A program made the translations under genes and the position numbers. From the human T2T-CHM13v2.0 reference genome, Homo sapiens: a stretch of DNA of 64,000 nucleotides. Shown here in pieces: positions 28,600 to 41,851 of the stretch (positions are counted from its first letter, which is position 1; each line of letters opens with the position of its first letter). The stretch lies in NCBI RefSeq assembly GCF_009914755.1, contig NC_060929.1. One strand, 5' to 3'. Under the pieces are notes generated by a model that searched no databases, was not told where the DNA came from, and saw nothing but the letters and a program-made list of their open reading frames with translations.

Positions 28600-31268
28600 C
28601 AGAACGTCTATTATTAAAAAGTAAAAAAAAAAAGATGTTGGCGAGCATGCTGAGAAAATGAACACCTATGCACTGTTTGTGGGAATGTAAATTAGTACAA
28701 TCTCTATGGAAAACAATATGGAGATTTCTCAAAGAATTAAAAATAGAACTACTATTCAATTTAGCAATCCCACTCCTGGGAATCTACTCAAAGGGAAATA
28801 AATCATAATATCAAAAATATACCTGCATTATATACCTGCATATCAAAAATCTACCATGATTAGCTAAAGAAAATGTTGTATATATACACAATAGAATACT
28901 ATTCAGCCATAAAAAGAATGAAATTATGTCTTTTGCAGAAACATGGATGGAACTGGAGGTCATTATCTTAGGTGAAACAACTCAAACAGAAAGTCAAATA
29001 TCACACGTTTTTACTCATAAGTGAGAGCTAAATAATGTGTACATATGACATAGAGTGTGAAATGTTAGAGACTGAAAACTAGGAAAAATGAGAGGGTGGA
29101 TGGGAGTGAGGATGAGAAATTATGGGTGCGATGCATATTATTCAGGTGATGAATACACTAAAAGTCCAGACTTCACCACTGTGCAATATATCCATGTAAC
29201 AATACTGAACTTGTACCCTTTAAATTTATAACAATAAAAAATAAGACGTGGATACATAATCTTAGCATTCTGGTGAAATCATAAACTAATAAAAGGGAGA
29301 GAAAAAACCCAAAGCCTTTACAAGAAAATCATGATCGAAATAAGAAGCAAACAACACTATAGCATGGTATTACATAAATATGTAAATAGGAATAGTCTTT
29401 GAAAGGTAATTCATTTGACATTTTCTTTTGCAGGAACCTCTTTTGACTCAAGCTTCCATTTCTGTCACTATACATTCAACTACAATAAAGAGTTATGTAG
29501 AGAAAAATAGTTATATAACCATAACTGAAATCACTGAAAATGAAACTACATAAAAGAACAGAAGATTTAATTCGTGTTATGTAAAAAATGTAAACAATGT
29601 GATTTTAAGTGACAAATATTATAGGAGACAACATTTTATGGTGGATGCACAGGAGGAAAGTTGGAAGTAAATTAAGAGGAGTTTATTTTTAAAATTTAAA
29701 TTATAGAAAGTCAAGATATGCTAAGTTGACAAAAATGAAACGGGTATAAGTATTACAGTGAATCACGATCCTGGAAAGATACAACAGGGGCACCAAGCAT
29801 GTAAGCCCCTGGTGTATCTGACTGGCTGTGACATAACACTAAGTAACTGGTATGAGAAATGCTACTTTTCTGCCTGCTCTTTCTTACTATTCTTTACCTA
29901 CTGTTTTTCCAATCCGAACATAAGTTTAGCTTGCTTATTTCTGGATGTCCTTTTAACTGTTTGTCTGCATCACTAACTCTGAGATCCAATTACCTAGAAA
30001 TTAACAAATAGCAATATTAAGCTAATCCTAAATTATATATTCTGAAGACAAAAATTATCTCTCCCAGTTCTAATATTATTATTTGTTTTGATTAGGAAAG
30101 TAACTTTTCAAAGATACCAAGGACAACCTTTTGTGTCCTGATTATCATGAAAGTATGAGTGAAAGATATTTAATTCTTAATCCTTCCATTTTGGTACTGA
30201 TGGAAGCCTAAAGGAATAGCCATAGCAGTTCCTTATTTTTTGGTGAAACAGTTGAAACTGTAGCGTGCTGAATCCCAAACCTCCAAATGTCCATAGAACG
30301 AACTGCATTTTTTTTTAAAGGTACCCATTTAGATGTATGATTCCTTTTGATTTGGATGACAAACGTCAGAAGCCTCAATAATCTGGTCACTAGCCAAGAG
30401 ATTTTAGAATATCATACAGTTCCCAGTCTATGAAAAGCAAAATAGTTAACTACATGTTCCTTGGGTCAAGAAGTAGGTGAGGAAAATTTTAGGTGAGGAG
30501 TTTATGTTTTAGCTTTAGGAGGTATAGAATAACAAAGTAAATAGGAGCTCAAGAGATTCACCTTTGAGCTCATTGTTTTAAAAAACTTACTGCAGAGTAG
30601 CTGCTAACATTTCTGACCTGATTTGACATTAACATAAATATTTTGTTTATTTTGAGTAATGTTAATCATGTTTTCTTTGTGACTGAATACTAGCCAGTGA
30701 AGTTAATTATTGTCCAAATTATAGACTGTGTTAACCTTGTCACCCTCTTCACAGTAAAACAAAGGGAAGAAGTTACAAGGTCTTTATTTTTTAATCAAAT
30801 AATAAATGATTGATAACTTGAATTAACAATGGAATCAAAGTATAAAGAGTGTCAGACCTGTCAAGTAGCATTGAAAACAAGGAAATTTATGGGTAACATC
30901 CCAAATCACTAGCAGGACGGATTGCCTGTATCCGTTATAGAAGTAAATTTACTGGGATGTTTTGGCTGAAACAGTGAGAAGGGATGTTCCATTCTGTTGT
31001 ACAGTGCAACAATATCCCACTTAGTTCCACTTGGATGTGTTTGGCAACTTCTCCCATGTGTGTTTGGTTTGATACACTATACCTCACATAGCCATCTGAT
31101 CTTTACCATAAGGAAGAGGGAAATTACCTGTAATTTAAGTGGTTTATTATTTGTTGTCAAGAAGAGATCTTTCTGGTTTCTGATTGTTTGAAATTCTTTT
31201 GCCCTTCTTCTTACCCTGAATCTCACATGTCCTTTTATTCTTTAAGCTGGGTAAATGTGAATGTGCTT

Positions 31269-31303
31269 TGTGTGTGTGTGTGAGATGTGTATGTGTGTGT
31301 GTG
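31269..31303. repeat. Interrupted (TG)n microsatellite
   Basis: tgtgtgtgtgtgtgagatgtgtatgtgtgtgtgtg. Confidence 0.9.
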
Positions 31304-31989
31304 CATTTTTTTATGTCTGTATAGGAAACGGGCTTATCTTTTTTAAAGAAATGGACATTTTATCTTGCAAGTCTTAAGATTTTCCAGTGTAGTACTGTAA
31401 CAAAATTCATGTGGAAAATGTATAAGTGAATTTGGCTTTTAAATTGAATTGATTTGAGACATTTTTCAATTTCCTCTTAAAATCCATTTTAGCTGATTCA
31501 AAAAGGAAAATATTTCTGTAAGGCTTTTAAACTTACCAATAATCTCAGAATACATGCCTAATATATAATGACAAAGGGCAGTAAATAAAAACCCATAGAA
31601 TATTTTCATGTTTTAATTTTTGAAACTTGTATTTCCAACGACATTCCAATGATAACTTAAGGATGAAATAACTGAAAATATCTTATTAGTAAAGGGTTTG
31701 TCTCTGAACCTCATCTGTTGTCATTCAACTTAAGGTAAATACACATATGTACTCTTACAATGTAGTAAAGAGTGTACTATTCATGTAGTTATGTACAAAA
31801 CAAACTCTGCCCTTGCATTCTTCCCCATCTCTAATATATGGAATCTGAGACAACTGTACACTGGGAAATAACTTTTAAAAATGCTGCAGTATTCCTTCAA
31901 TATTCAGAAAACATGGGATTATTTTTACTTTAAATCAAAGTTTATTGTATAGCTACAATACTACGCACTGCAGGTAAAAAAATTAGAAA

Positions 31990-32440
31990 CCATAAGCCAT
32001 GATCTCCAAATACTCATTGTCTAGTAAAGGAGGAAGATAAAGAAGCAGTTCTAATACACTGAAAAATAATTGCTGCCTTAGAGTGAGGAAATGCTGTGGA
32101 AGTAGACAAAAGTGTGTGACCAACTGGCTAAGGGAGAGGAAGAACTTCCCAGAGAGGTTAGCCATAATCTCCATCTGGAAGAATAAATAGTATTTATTTA
32201 GTTGAAGACAGAAAGACCATTCCAGACAGAAAATCACACATGCAAAGCTATTAAAACAGCACGAGGAACAAATGGTCAGAAATTTATCGTAGTAAGGGAC
32301 AGAAGTACGTAGAAAAACTGATCTTAGAGATAAGACTTTAACTTTCACATGAAAATGTTGATGGTAACTATAAACAATAGCAATTTTTTTAAAAAAATCA
32401 GAATAATTCATTAAGTGATTTAAACTTAAACAGTGATCCT
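31990..32440 (-). mobile_element. L2 remnant
   Basis: Purine-rich L2-like motifs (ggaagaacttcccagagagg, cattccagacagaaaatcacacatgcaaag). Confidence 0.55.
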
Positions 32441-32607
32441 TTATTTTAAATATGGATTCCTTTAATAAAAGTGGACATTTTTGCTTTTTGGGGTTCTCTT
32501 TGAGCGTGATATGTTCTAATTAAAAGATTTTAAGCTTTGGAGTTTTTACCATTAATTTTGTCACTAAGGCTAGATGTCTTGGCTAAGTAACTCTGCAAAC
32601 TTAGTAA

Positions 32608-34254
32608 TGTCACAGGATCCTTAGGGTGTTGCTTCACCAACTGGAAACCTCTGTGGCTGGCAGCACCTTCTGCCTGAGTATTACTTGCACTTGCTGGGCT
32701 CATTCCATCCACTCAGCCCAGCAGGCTGTGCTCAGCTTGTGCTACAAGCCTGGATCCTATACCTGTCAAGAGTGAGCCAGGCATGGAGTGGCAAAGGGTG
32801 TGTGGGTGAGTGAGTGCAGGGTCCAACAACTGTGTACCTGTGTACATCCAAGCACACTGGGTGCTGTGGCAGGAAAGGCAGCTCCAGGTGCTGGCACAAG
32901 TGCCGACTTCATGCCAGGCTGCAGGAGGACCACATATATTGCACACAGCTTCTGCTGCATGCACCTGCATCTGGATAAGGGGAAGGTGGTGGTGCCTGGA
33001 AGCTTGGCAATGCCAGGAACTGCAGAACTCCAAAGAAAGTGTCACAGCCCTGGCTTGAGGAGCCCCTAGGTCTAGGATCCCCAAATATCCACAGCTCTTT
33101 TTTTCTCATTACCTGCAACGTGGTGAGTGGTAAGTGGAGAGGGGGCAAGTTTCAGCCCTGTTTGTGTTACAGCTCTTTAAGTCCTGCAATTCAGCAGGCC
33201 CTGGGTTCTTGTCCCATGTCAAGGAAGAATTAGGTATGCAGACAACTGGAGGGTGAGCAAGGCAGAGAGGAGCTTCATTGAATAGCAGAATGGTTATCAG
33301 ACTTGAAGTGGGTAGCTCCTTTCTGCAGGCAGGTCATCTAGATGAGTTTCCAGCTCTCAGCAAAGAGGAGACCCAGAGTGAGTAGCTCCTATATGCATTC
33401 AGGTCATTCCATCATCTGCACAGCCCTCTGTGGAGCGGAGACCCAGAGTGGGTAGCTCCCATCTGCAAGCAGGTCATTCCATCATCTGTCTGAGCCTGGC
33501 TGAGTCTGGGGTTTATATGGGCTTCAGAGGGGAGGAAGTGCATGTTGATTGGTCCAAGGGCAGCCATGAGTGGGCCTGGAAAAACCACCATAAGTTTTCA
33601 CTCCAGTCCACAGAACTGGTAGCCCAACACCCAGGCTTCTGACCATCCCTGACTTGAAGGTAGGGCTTCACAGGGGACATGCCCATTTCTACCCAGGAGC
33701 CTGTCTGCTCCTGCCACCATCAACCTGCTGTCCACAGTGCCCACAGCACCCAGGTTCATGCTGAGGGGTGCCTTGCAGGCCCGCACCAAGCTGCCTTCAA
33801 CACCCCCTCAGCCTCCCTCTCATGCTTGTTTTTACCCAAAGTCTGGAGGGGCCTGAGGTGGTAGGCGGCTGGCATGTCAGAGCTGCCCCAAGCAAACTTA
33901 AACTTGGCTGGGTTGTGACAGCACCTGGCTCAGCCTCAACTTTGCTCCAAAATCAGAGTAGGAACTGGGAATGGGGAGATCCCATGTATCAGGAGCAGAC
34001 ACTTTTGAGCCCGTGGGGGAACAGCACTTTCTGGATCTCCTAGTGCAAGGATGCCCAGGTCTGCAGTCATGACTGAGCAGCTGCAGGTGCACCTGGGAGG
34101 GTGGGGCTCCCACTCCTCTAACTTGGAAGGGAGCAGGGACCCCATTTGTTCCCAACTCCAACTGGCTTCTTGGAGCACTCAGCCCTGGCTTTGCCTCTCC
34201 CACTGCAGTCGGCATCATGGTAGCACTGCTCCAGATGGGCCACCACTGCCATCA
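32608..34254 (-). mobile_element. Long ERV1 solo LTR, MER52-type (MER52A-like), 1647 bp
   Basis: GC-rich block with TG...CA termini. Minus strand starts TGATGGCAGTGGTGGCCCATCTGGAGCAG. 4-bp TSD GTAA at 32604-32607 and 34255-34258. Confidence 0.88.
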
Positions 34255-35096
34255 GTAAGATTAAGATAAACATATCTCTGAATATTACCTAGGATCACAA
34301 AGGTTTAATACTATATTTTCCTCTATGAGTTTTATGGTTTTAGCACCTACATTTAGTTCTATGAACCATTTTGGGTTAATGTTTGTTTATGTTGTGAGAT
34401 AGGACTATAGCTTTCTTCTTGTACACATAGATATTCACTTGTCCCAACACCATTTGTTAAAAAGACTATTCTTTCTCCTATTTAATTGACTTGGCAATCA
34501 CATTGAAAATCAATTCACCATAAATGTAAGGGTTCTGGACTCTCAATTTTATCTCATTATTCTTTGTATCGATCTATGTATTTTATCTCATTATGCTTGG
34601 GTATCTATCTAATGTATCTTTGTATTCTTTTAATCCATCTTTGTATCAAGAGAGCATAGCTAATACCACACTCTCTTGCTTACTGTAGCCTTGTAAAAAG
34701 TTTTGACATTGGATAGGGTGATTCCTCTAGCTTTTGGGTTTAATCATTATGTTTATTGCTTTTCTATTTTCTATTTCATTTATTTCTGGTCTCATCTTAA
34801 ATATTTCCTTCTTTCTTCTCACTTTGAATTTGGTTTCCTCTTCTTTTTCTAGTTTTTTAATGTAGAAGATTAGACCAATGGTTTGAGGTTTTTTTCTTAA
34901 TACAGAAATTTTAGCTATAAATGTAAGTATCGCCTAAGCTTCATTCAAGAAGTTTTGGTATGTTGTATTTTCACTTTAATTTTAATTCATCTCAAAGTAT
35001 TTTACAGTTTTTCTTGTGATTTTCTTTGTGCTACTGGTTGTTTAGTAATATGTTGTTTAATGTCTGTATGTTTCCAAATTTTCCGAATTTCTCCTA

Positions 35097-35454
35097 TGTA
35101 TTAGTCTGTTTTCACACTACTGATAAAGACATACCCAAGACTGGGTAATCTATTCAGGAAAAGTGGTTTAATGGACTTACAGTTCCACGTGGCTGTGGAG
35201 ACCTCACAAGCATGGCAGAAGGCAAGGAGGAGCAAGTCACATCTTACTTGAATGGCAGCAGGAAAAGAGAGAGAGAACTTGTGCAGGGAAACTCCCATTT
35301 TTAAAAACATCAGATCTTGTGAAACTTATTTACTATCACGAGAACAGCAAGGAATGACCTGCCCCCATGAATCAATTACCTCCCACTGGGTCCCTCCCAC
35401 AACATGTGGGGATTCAAGATGATATTTGGGTGGGGACACAGCCAAACTATATCA
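35097..35454 (-). mobile_element. THE1 (THE1B-like) MaLR solo LTR
   Basis: tgtattagtctgttttcac...gggtggggacacagccaaactatatca. 5-bp TSD TCCTA at 35092-35096 and 35455-35459. Confidence 0.95.
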
Positions 35455-36707
35455 TCCTATTATTGATTTTATCTTAATTCCATTGTCGTTTGGAAGATAT
35501 ACTTTTTATGAATTAAATATTTTAAATTTAGGTTTGTTTTATCACCTATCTTGGAGAACATTCTATGCACACTGGAGAAAAAAATGTATATTCAGCTGTT
35601 TTTAGATGAAATGTCTTATAGATATTTGTTAAGTCTAATTGTTTTTGAATGTTTTTCAAATGTTCTATTTTCATATTGAACTTCTGCATAGTTGTTTTCT
35701 TATTGGAAGTGGGATATTAATGCCTCCAACTATTATTGTTTAATTCTCTATTTCCCAAATCAATCTGTTAGTTTCTATGAAATTTAGGACTCCATTGTTG
35801 AAAGAGTGCTATATTATATGAAATATCTTTATTTTTATGTAAATTACCTTTATTTTTATATAAACATTATATATGCTAACGTTATTGCGGCTCCTTTTTA
35901 TGTGTGGGGTCACATTGCCCTTGTTGCTTTCAAGATTCTCTCTTTGTTTTCGTTGTTCAGTAGTTTGATGATCATGTGGCAAGGTTTCGATGTTTCTGAG
36001 TTCATCCTAATTGGACCTCATTGTGGCTCTTCGATGTGTAGATAAAATTTAATCAAATTTGGGAATTGTTTGGTTATTATTTCTTCAAAAATGTGTTTTG
36101 TTCCTTTTCCCTTCTCCTTTCACCCTTGGACTCCATTATGCATATGTTGGTATGCTTCACGGTGTACCACTGGTCTCTTAGGCTCTGGTAGTTTTGCTTT
36201 ATTTTTTATTCTTTCTGTTCTTCAGATGGGATAATCTCAACCTGTTTTCAAGTTCATTGGTCCTTTTTTTCTGAAGCTCAAGTCTTTTTTGAGCTTCTCT
36301 GGTAAATTTTAAATTATGTTTATCGTACTTTCTGCCTCCAGAATTTCTGTTTTGTTTTTGTATATAATTCCTTTTTCCTTAACTGATACTCTTTATTTCA
36401 TGAGACATTGTTTTTATACTTTAATTCTTTATGCATTTTTTCCTTTAGTGTTTTGAGTATATTTATAATAGCTAATTTAACATCTTTGTCAATCAAGTCT
36501 ACATTGGGCTTCTTCAGGGACAGTTTCTATTGACTGATCTTTTTCCTGCATATGGGCTACACTTTACTGTTTCTTTGTGCATCTCATAGTTTTTTTACTG
36601 TTGCTGAAAACTGGATATTTAAAATAATAAAACTCCAGGGCTTTTTCATTGTTGCTATTTGTTATTGTTTTTGTTTAGTAATTTTTCTCCACTAATTTTC
36701 TAAAGCC

Positions 36708-36837
36708 TTTGTTGTCATTCATATACACTCTACTTTCTGCTACGTTGACTTTGAATTAGGAAATATCAAAAGTGAGAAATAAAAAAATATTCAAAGTCAA
36801 TGTACCAGAAACCAGAGTGTATATGAATGACAACAAA
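36708..36837. repeat. Inverted repeat (hairpin): 49-bp arms, 32-nt loop
   Basis: 36708-36756 matches the reverse complement of 36789-36837 at 45 of 49 positions. The outer 24 bp are perfect. Confidence 0.95.
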
Positions 36838-37664
36838 TGGGCTTCCTTAAATAAATTGATCTGATGTCTCCCACCCTTTGTTGATGGACTCTGTATGTGT
36901 GCTGCTCCATGCTTCAGTGGTTTGAGAGTTTACAACTCTGCCTTAGCCTGAAATTTCTGCTTGTATAGAGTCTCAGTATCAGTCAGTGGTCAGACACTGA
37001 CATTTTTCAGAATTTTCTTGAACATGTGCATTGCCTTACTCATGTGCATGGCCTTCTTTTTTCCCACAAAAATGTTGAGAGTTTTCAAAACTTGGACATC
37101 TAATTTTCCAGATATTCCTTTCAAGTTTTTTTTTGGCCAGATTCTTGTTTACCTCAGCTGGTATTGTTGCCTCAGACAGCTATGATGTTAAACAATTTCC
37201 ATTGATTGTTTTCTACAAATGCCCTGGAGTCAAGGCTTTCCTCGTTAAGTTTTCCCTGAGACAGGTCAAATGAAGACAAACTCTGTGAATGGGGCTTCTC
37301 CATGGAGTTTCCAGAAAGGTCAAATAGTGACAATTCCCTGGAGATGGAATTTCTTTTGTAGGGGGAGCTCAAATCTATTCTGCTTCCTGTAATTGCTACC
37401 AGAATGCTGTTTTTCACAGCTACCATGTTTTAAAACTGCTGCTTTTTGAGATTCTATATAGCTGGGGAAAAGGGATAAGAATAGTGTGATTTAAATAATT
37501 AAAAAGTGTTCTTACTGAGATTCTTAAATAAGCACTCCTGGGATTGCTGCAAGCCTTTGACCAATTTCCATATTTCAGAAAAAGTTGATTTTGATAATTC
37601 GTTTTTGCCAGTATTCTCATTGCTTTTTTATAGATCAACTGATTATTGGAAAACCTTACCCTAT

Positions 37665-37795
37665 CATTTATTCTGTAAGTGCTTCTTTGAACATAGATTT
37701 TTGAAAACCTACTGTGTACCAAGTGCTACGCTAGGTACTGGGCATACAGCAATGAACAAGACAAAGTCCCTATCTTTACCTTCAAATGTTTATTA
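37665..37795 (-). mobile_element. L2 3' end
   Basis: acctactgtgtaccaagtgctacgctaggtactgggcatacagcaatgaacaagacaaagtccct. Confidence 0.75.
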
Positions 37796-38039
37796 AATTG
37801 AATCAGATTACCATGTGCTATGGTAACTGATAATTGAATTTATGTATTTCTCTTGATCATGCAGGAGAATGAGACACAGACAGAAGAAAACAAATACAAC
37901 ACCAGTTTAGATGCATCTTGCTTTTTCTAGATTTGCTCCCTTCCAAAGACACATGAATTTTACCCCTCATGGAACCAATGAAGCTTTGCAATATTCATTT
38001 AATGCCTACTTAAGGTCAGAAGTATATCTTCTTCATTTA

Positions 38040-38105
38040 TTACTTATCTCTGGTGTCTAGCACAGCAGTCTAGCACATAGGAGGAAATAAAGTTCATTGA
38101 ATGAA
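38040..38105 (+). mobile_element. L2 3' tip
   Basis: tgtctagcacagcagtctagcacataggagg...ttgaatgaat. Confidence 0.6.
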
Positions 38106-39718
38106 TCCAAAAATGATGTATGTTAAATGGAAAAAGAAAGGGAAGAAAAGAGCTATGAAACTGATGATCTGATTTTTTAGTAAAGTAGTACAAAGATGTT
38201 GAGAGAACCATGTGCTTAATATGGTCTATCTCCACATAATAAATCTGGAAATGCATACTATCATGTGAGCAAAGGCCCAACTTTTTTTCCTTTTAGATCT
38301 CTTGAGTGGTACCAGGTGTAATACAACTGAGGGGATACCAGCTGTCTGTTCCTGGTCATAGCTCAATTGAAAAGTTAATTTTAGGCTATAAATTAATTAG
38401 AAAATTCCCCTTTGCCATAAATGAGGAAACCACTGAACACCACCAAAAACAGGTCTGTTTCCTTTTATGTCACAGATTAGAAATGCATTCTATCATGTCA
38501 TTTTCCTAAATATGTTAAATGAGTCATCTAACTCTTGTCTCAGTTTATTTAGCTCAATGAGCAGCCTCATATCGCTTTTCATTTGCATACACTTTTCAGG
38601 GGAATGGGAAATACACTTTTAAAATGCCAGGTTTAATAATATTTCATACCAGTTATGCATGTAATTATCAGTTTTGTAGCTGTTTCTCAATTGGTTGGGA
38701 CCGAATGGGCAAAGCTCACAGAGTAATACCTTATTATACTATCATTACTAGGTTATTTTCTTCCACTTCTGAGCGATCATAAACATGTCAATTTTCCTTT
38801 CCTCCTTTGTACTTTGTCTTTTTAAGATAGCATATGCTTATAACTGCTATCCTAAAAAATCCATTTTCCTCCTGGGACTCTTGTATCTATTGTCCATAAA
38901 GGTAATGCTAAGTGATGAATACACTCATGACATTCAGGGAGGAGGCATATATTTGGGTCATACATTTCCACTGAGGACAAATTCAAGTGCATTCTTGATT
39001 TAAATACCATTTCCCTTTGATTTCCTTTAATTCAACACTGATTAAGATGTTTTGTCAGCTAAAATTAGTCATACTTTATTGGGGCACAATTGCAAATATG
39101 TTCAAATGTTTGATTTTCACTCTACTATGTGTAAAGCATGATACTGTATACTGGGTCAAAAAGAAGGACAGGAAAAGATGAAAAAGACAAGTTTTACCTT
39201 ATGGTGCTTAGGCCAGAATTAAGTTAATGACTGGAAAGACTACAATTGGAAATTGGGAAATTATGGTCTTGAATTATGCAACTAAATTGATATGGTGTAC
39301 AAATCATATGTGGTTATTTAATTGTCCTGGGTTTCAGTGGCTTATGTGTAAAACTTCAGGATTTCATGGAGGGATAAGTAAAGACCATTTTTGTTTGACT
39401 GTCTGCAAGCCTATTTTATTTTTATTTGGAGCCTTGGTTTAGAGATTTTAGATTTTTACCTAAATGATATAATAAATCTGGTTGAATTTTATTTTATTAT
39501 ATTTTGGCCATACTCATACTCCGCATGAGTATTGATAAAACTCACAATGAGAATGATAAGCAAAAATCATAAAGTTGGGGGATAAAAAAACAAAACAAAA
39601 TAACCAAGTTGTAGAAATATGATCCCATGAGGGTAACACTGAAAATGATGCAGTCACTATGGAAAGCCTACGGAAGTTCCTCAAAATACTGAAAATAGCA
39701 CTACTATATGATCCATCA

Positions 39719-40044
<326 letters not shown>

Positions 40045-40312
40045 AAAAATTGAAATCAGGATTTGGAAGATATATCGTTACTCCTATGTTTATAGCCCTA
40101 TTCTTACTGATAGTCAAGATATGGAAGCAACTCCAATGTCTATTGACAGTTGAATGGATAAAGAAAATGTGGTGTATAAATAAAATAGAATACTATTGAG
40201 TCTTTTAAAAAAAAGAAAGAAACCCTACTATTTGTGCCAACAGGAATGAACCGGAAGGACAGTATGTTAGTTGAAATAAACCAGCCACAGAAGGACAAAT
40301 ACTGCATGATTC

Positions 40313-41210
40313 TGAAGCAAGATATTTTCTTGACCCCTTCGTGGGACTAGTGACAAAGGAGCCTCAATTAGTCAGGCCACCCACTCAATCCCTCATGGGA
40401 GGGAGCATGCAAGTGAAGGAATACAGGACTCAGAGCAAATGAGTGCAGGAACCGGCTGCTTTGGTGCTGGCAGAAGCAAACTCTGTGCGGGCCCCTCAGC
40501 AGCATCCTGGTGAAGGTTCCTGCCACCCCAAGGCCCCAGAGGGCATGTTACAATGTTCTCTTACCTCTGCCACCTGCAGACAGCAGTGTGTTATCAGCTC
40601 AGTGGATCCTTTGCCTCATAATGTGGGGTGGGATGTCTTCTGCCAGTGAGGGCAAAGGGCCAGTGTGACAGCCTTTTTTGAGTACCCGCACTTGGTGTAT
40701 CCCGAATTCTTGTCTGGTGCCCAAGAGGAATGAGGTCATGCAGATGAATTGAAGGATGGCAAATGTGGACAATTTTATTGAGTGATGAAAGCAGCTGTCA
40801 GCAGAAAGGAGAGCTGGAAAGGGGTTGGGCAGGGAAGGTTGCTCTCCTCTAAAGTCAAACTGCCTCTCTTCCTCCATCTTCTGAAGTCAAGCCACTTCTT
40901 CCCAATGTCCAGCCACATCTTCCCAACAACCAGCTGCTTCTCCCATTGTCCAGCTGCTTCTATTCTCTGCTGGCTGAGTCTGGGGTCTTTATAGGCATAG
41001 GATGGGGGCAGGCCGTAGGTAGTTTTGGAAGAGGCAACATTCAATTGGTGAAAAGACATTATTCAGAAAGAACCAATCAGGAGAGATTGGGCACACAGGG
41101 GTGAAAGTTCTCACCTTGGGCCATGGGTTTCAGGCCTTTTGGCTCTAAGGTGGGGTTTTGCCAGGGACCTGCCCGTCTGCCTAGAGTTTCTCTGCCTCCT
41201 GTCACTATCA
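40313..41210 (-). mobile_element. ERV1 solo LTR of the LTR1/LTR27/LTR28 group, 898 bp
   Basis: TG...CA termini. Minus strand starts TGATAGTGACAGGAGGCAGAGAAACTCTAGGCAGAC. TATAAA and AATAAA present on the minus strand. 4-bp TSD ATTC/ATTT. Exact subfamily uncertain. Confidence 0.82.
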
Positions 41211-41851
41211 ATTTCACTTATATGAAATTTAAATAGTCAAACTCATAGGAGCAGAAAATAGATTGGTGGTTTCTGGGAGCTGAGGGAAAGAGGAAATGGG
41301 GAATTGTTACTTAATGGGTACAAAGTGTCAGTTATGCAAGATGAATAAGCTCTAGTCATCTGCTGTGCAACATAGCATCTATAGTTAATGATAAGGTATT
41401 GCACACTTAAACATTTGTTGAGAAGTTAGATATCACGTTAAGTGTTTTCACTGCACAAGCACAAACACAAAGGGTCACAAGAAAATATTTGATGAATATG
41501 TTTATTACTTTGATTGTGGTGATGGTACCATGAGTATTTGCATATGTCCCAACTCATCAAATTGTAGACATTAAACATGTACAGTTTATAAATATACAAT
41601 TATACTTTAATAAAGCTGATAAAATTGATTAGACAAATTTTTAAAAGTATATAAAAAGATGAATAACAGCATAATATTTAGATATGTGCCTATTTGTGTT
41701 ATGAAAAGGAAGGAAATGAATAAAAAATGAGGATATTTTTAGACAAATTGGTACATATTTAGATTTTATTTTATTTATTATTATAAACAATATTGGAATG
41801 AACATTTTTATTTATGTCTCTTTGTGCACATGGATGCAAATTTCTCTAGGG

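Larger units (their letters stand above)
34290..37660 (-). mobile_element. Old internally deleted L1M (ORF2, ORF1 and 5' region remnants), interrupted by THE1
   Basis: T-rich antisense L1 motifs (ttgtcccaacaccatttgttaaaaagactattc, ttttggtatgttgtattttcac, ttgttgctttcaagattctctctttg, ttcttcagatgggataatctcaa). Confidence 0.75.

Noticed and set aside
31983-32411. 142-aa minus-strand ORF
   Set aside because: Overlaps an L2 remnant and has the low-complexity F/L/S composition typical of chance ORFs.
33305-33490. Three imperfect ~65-bp repeats (gtgggtagctcc...caggtcat) that look array-like
   Set aside because: Internal tandem repeats of the MER52-type LTR, without unique spacers.
32530-34269. Dense cluster of overlapping 60-123 aa ORFs on both strands
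   Set aside because: Nearly all lie in the GC-rich MER52-type LTR, where stops are rare. None resembles a protein I recognise.
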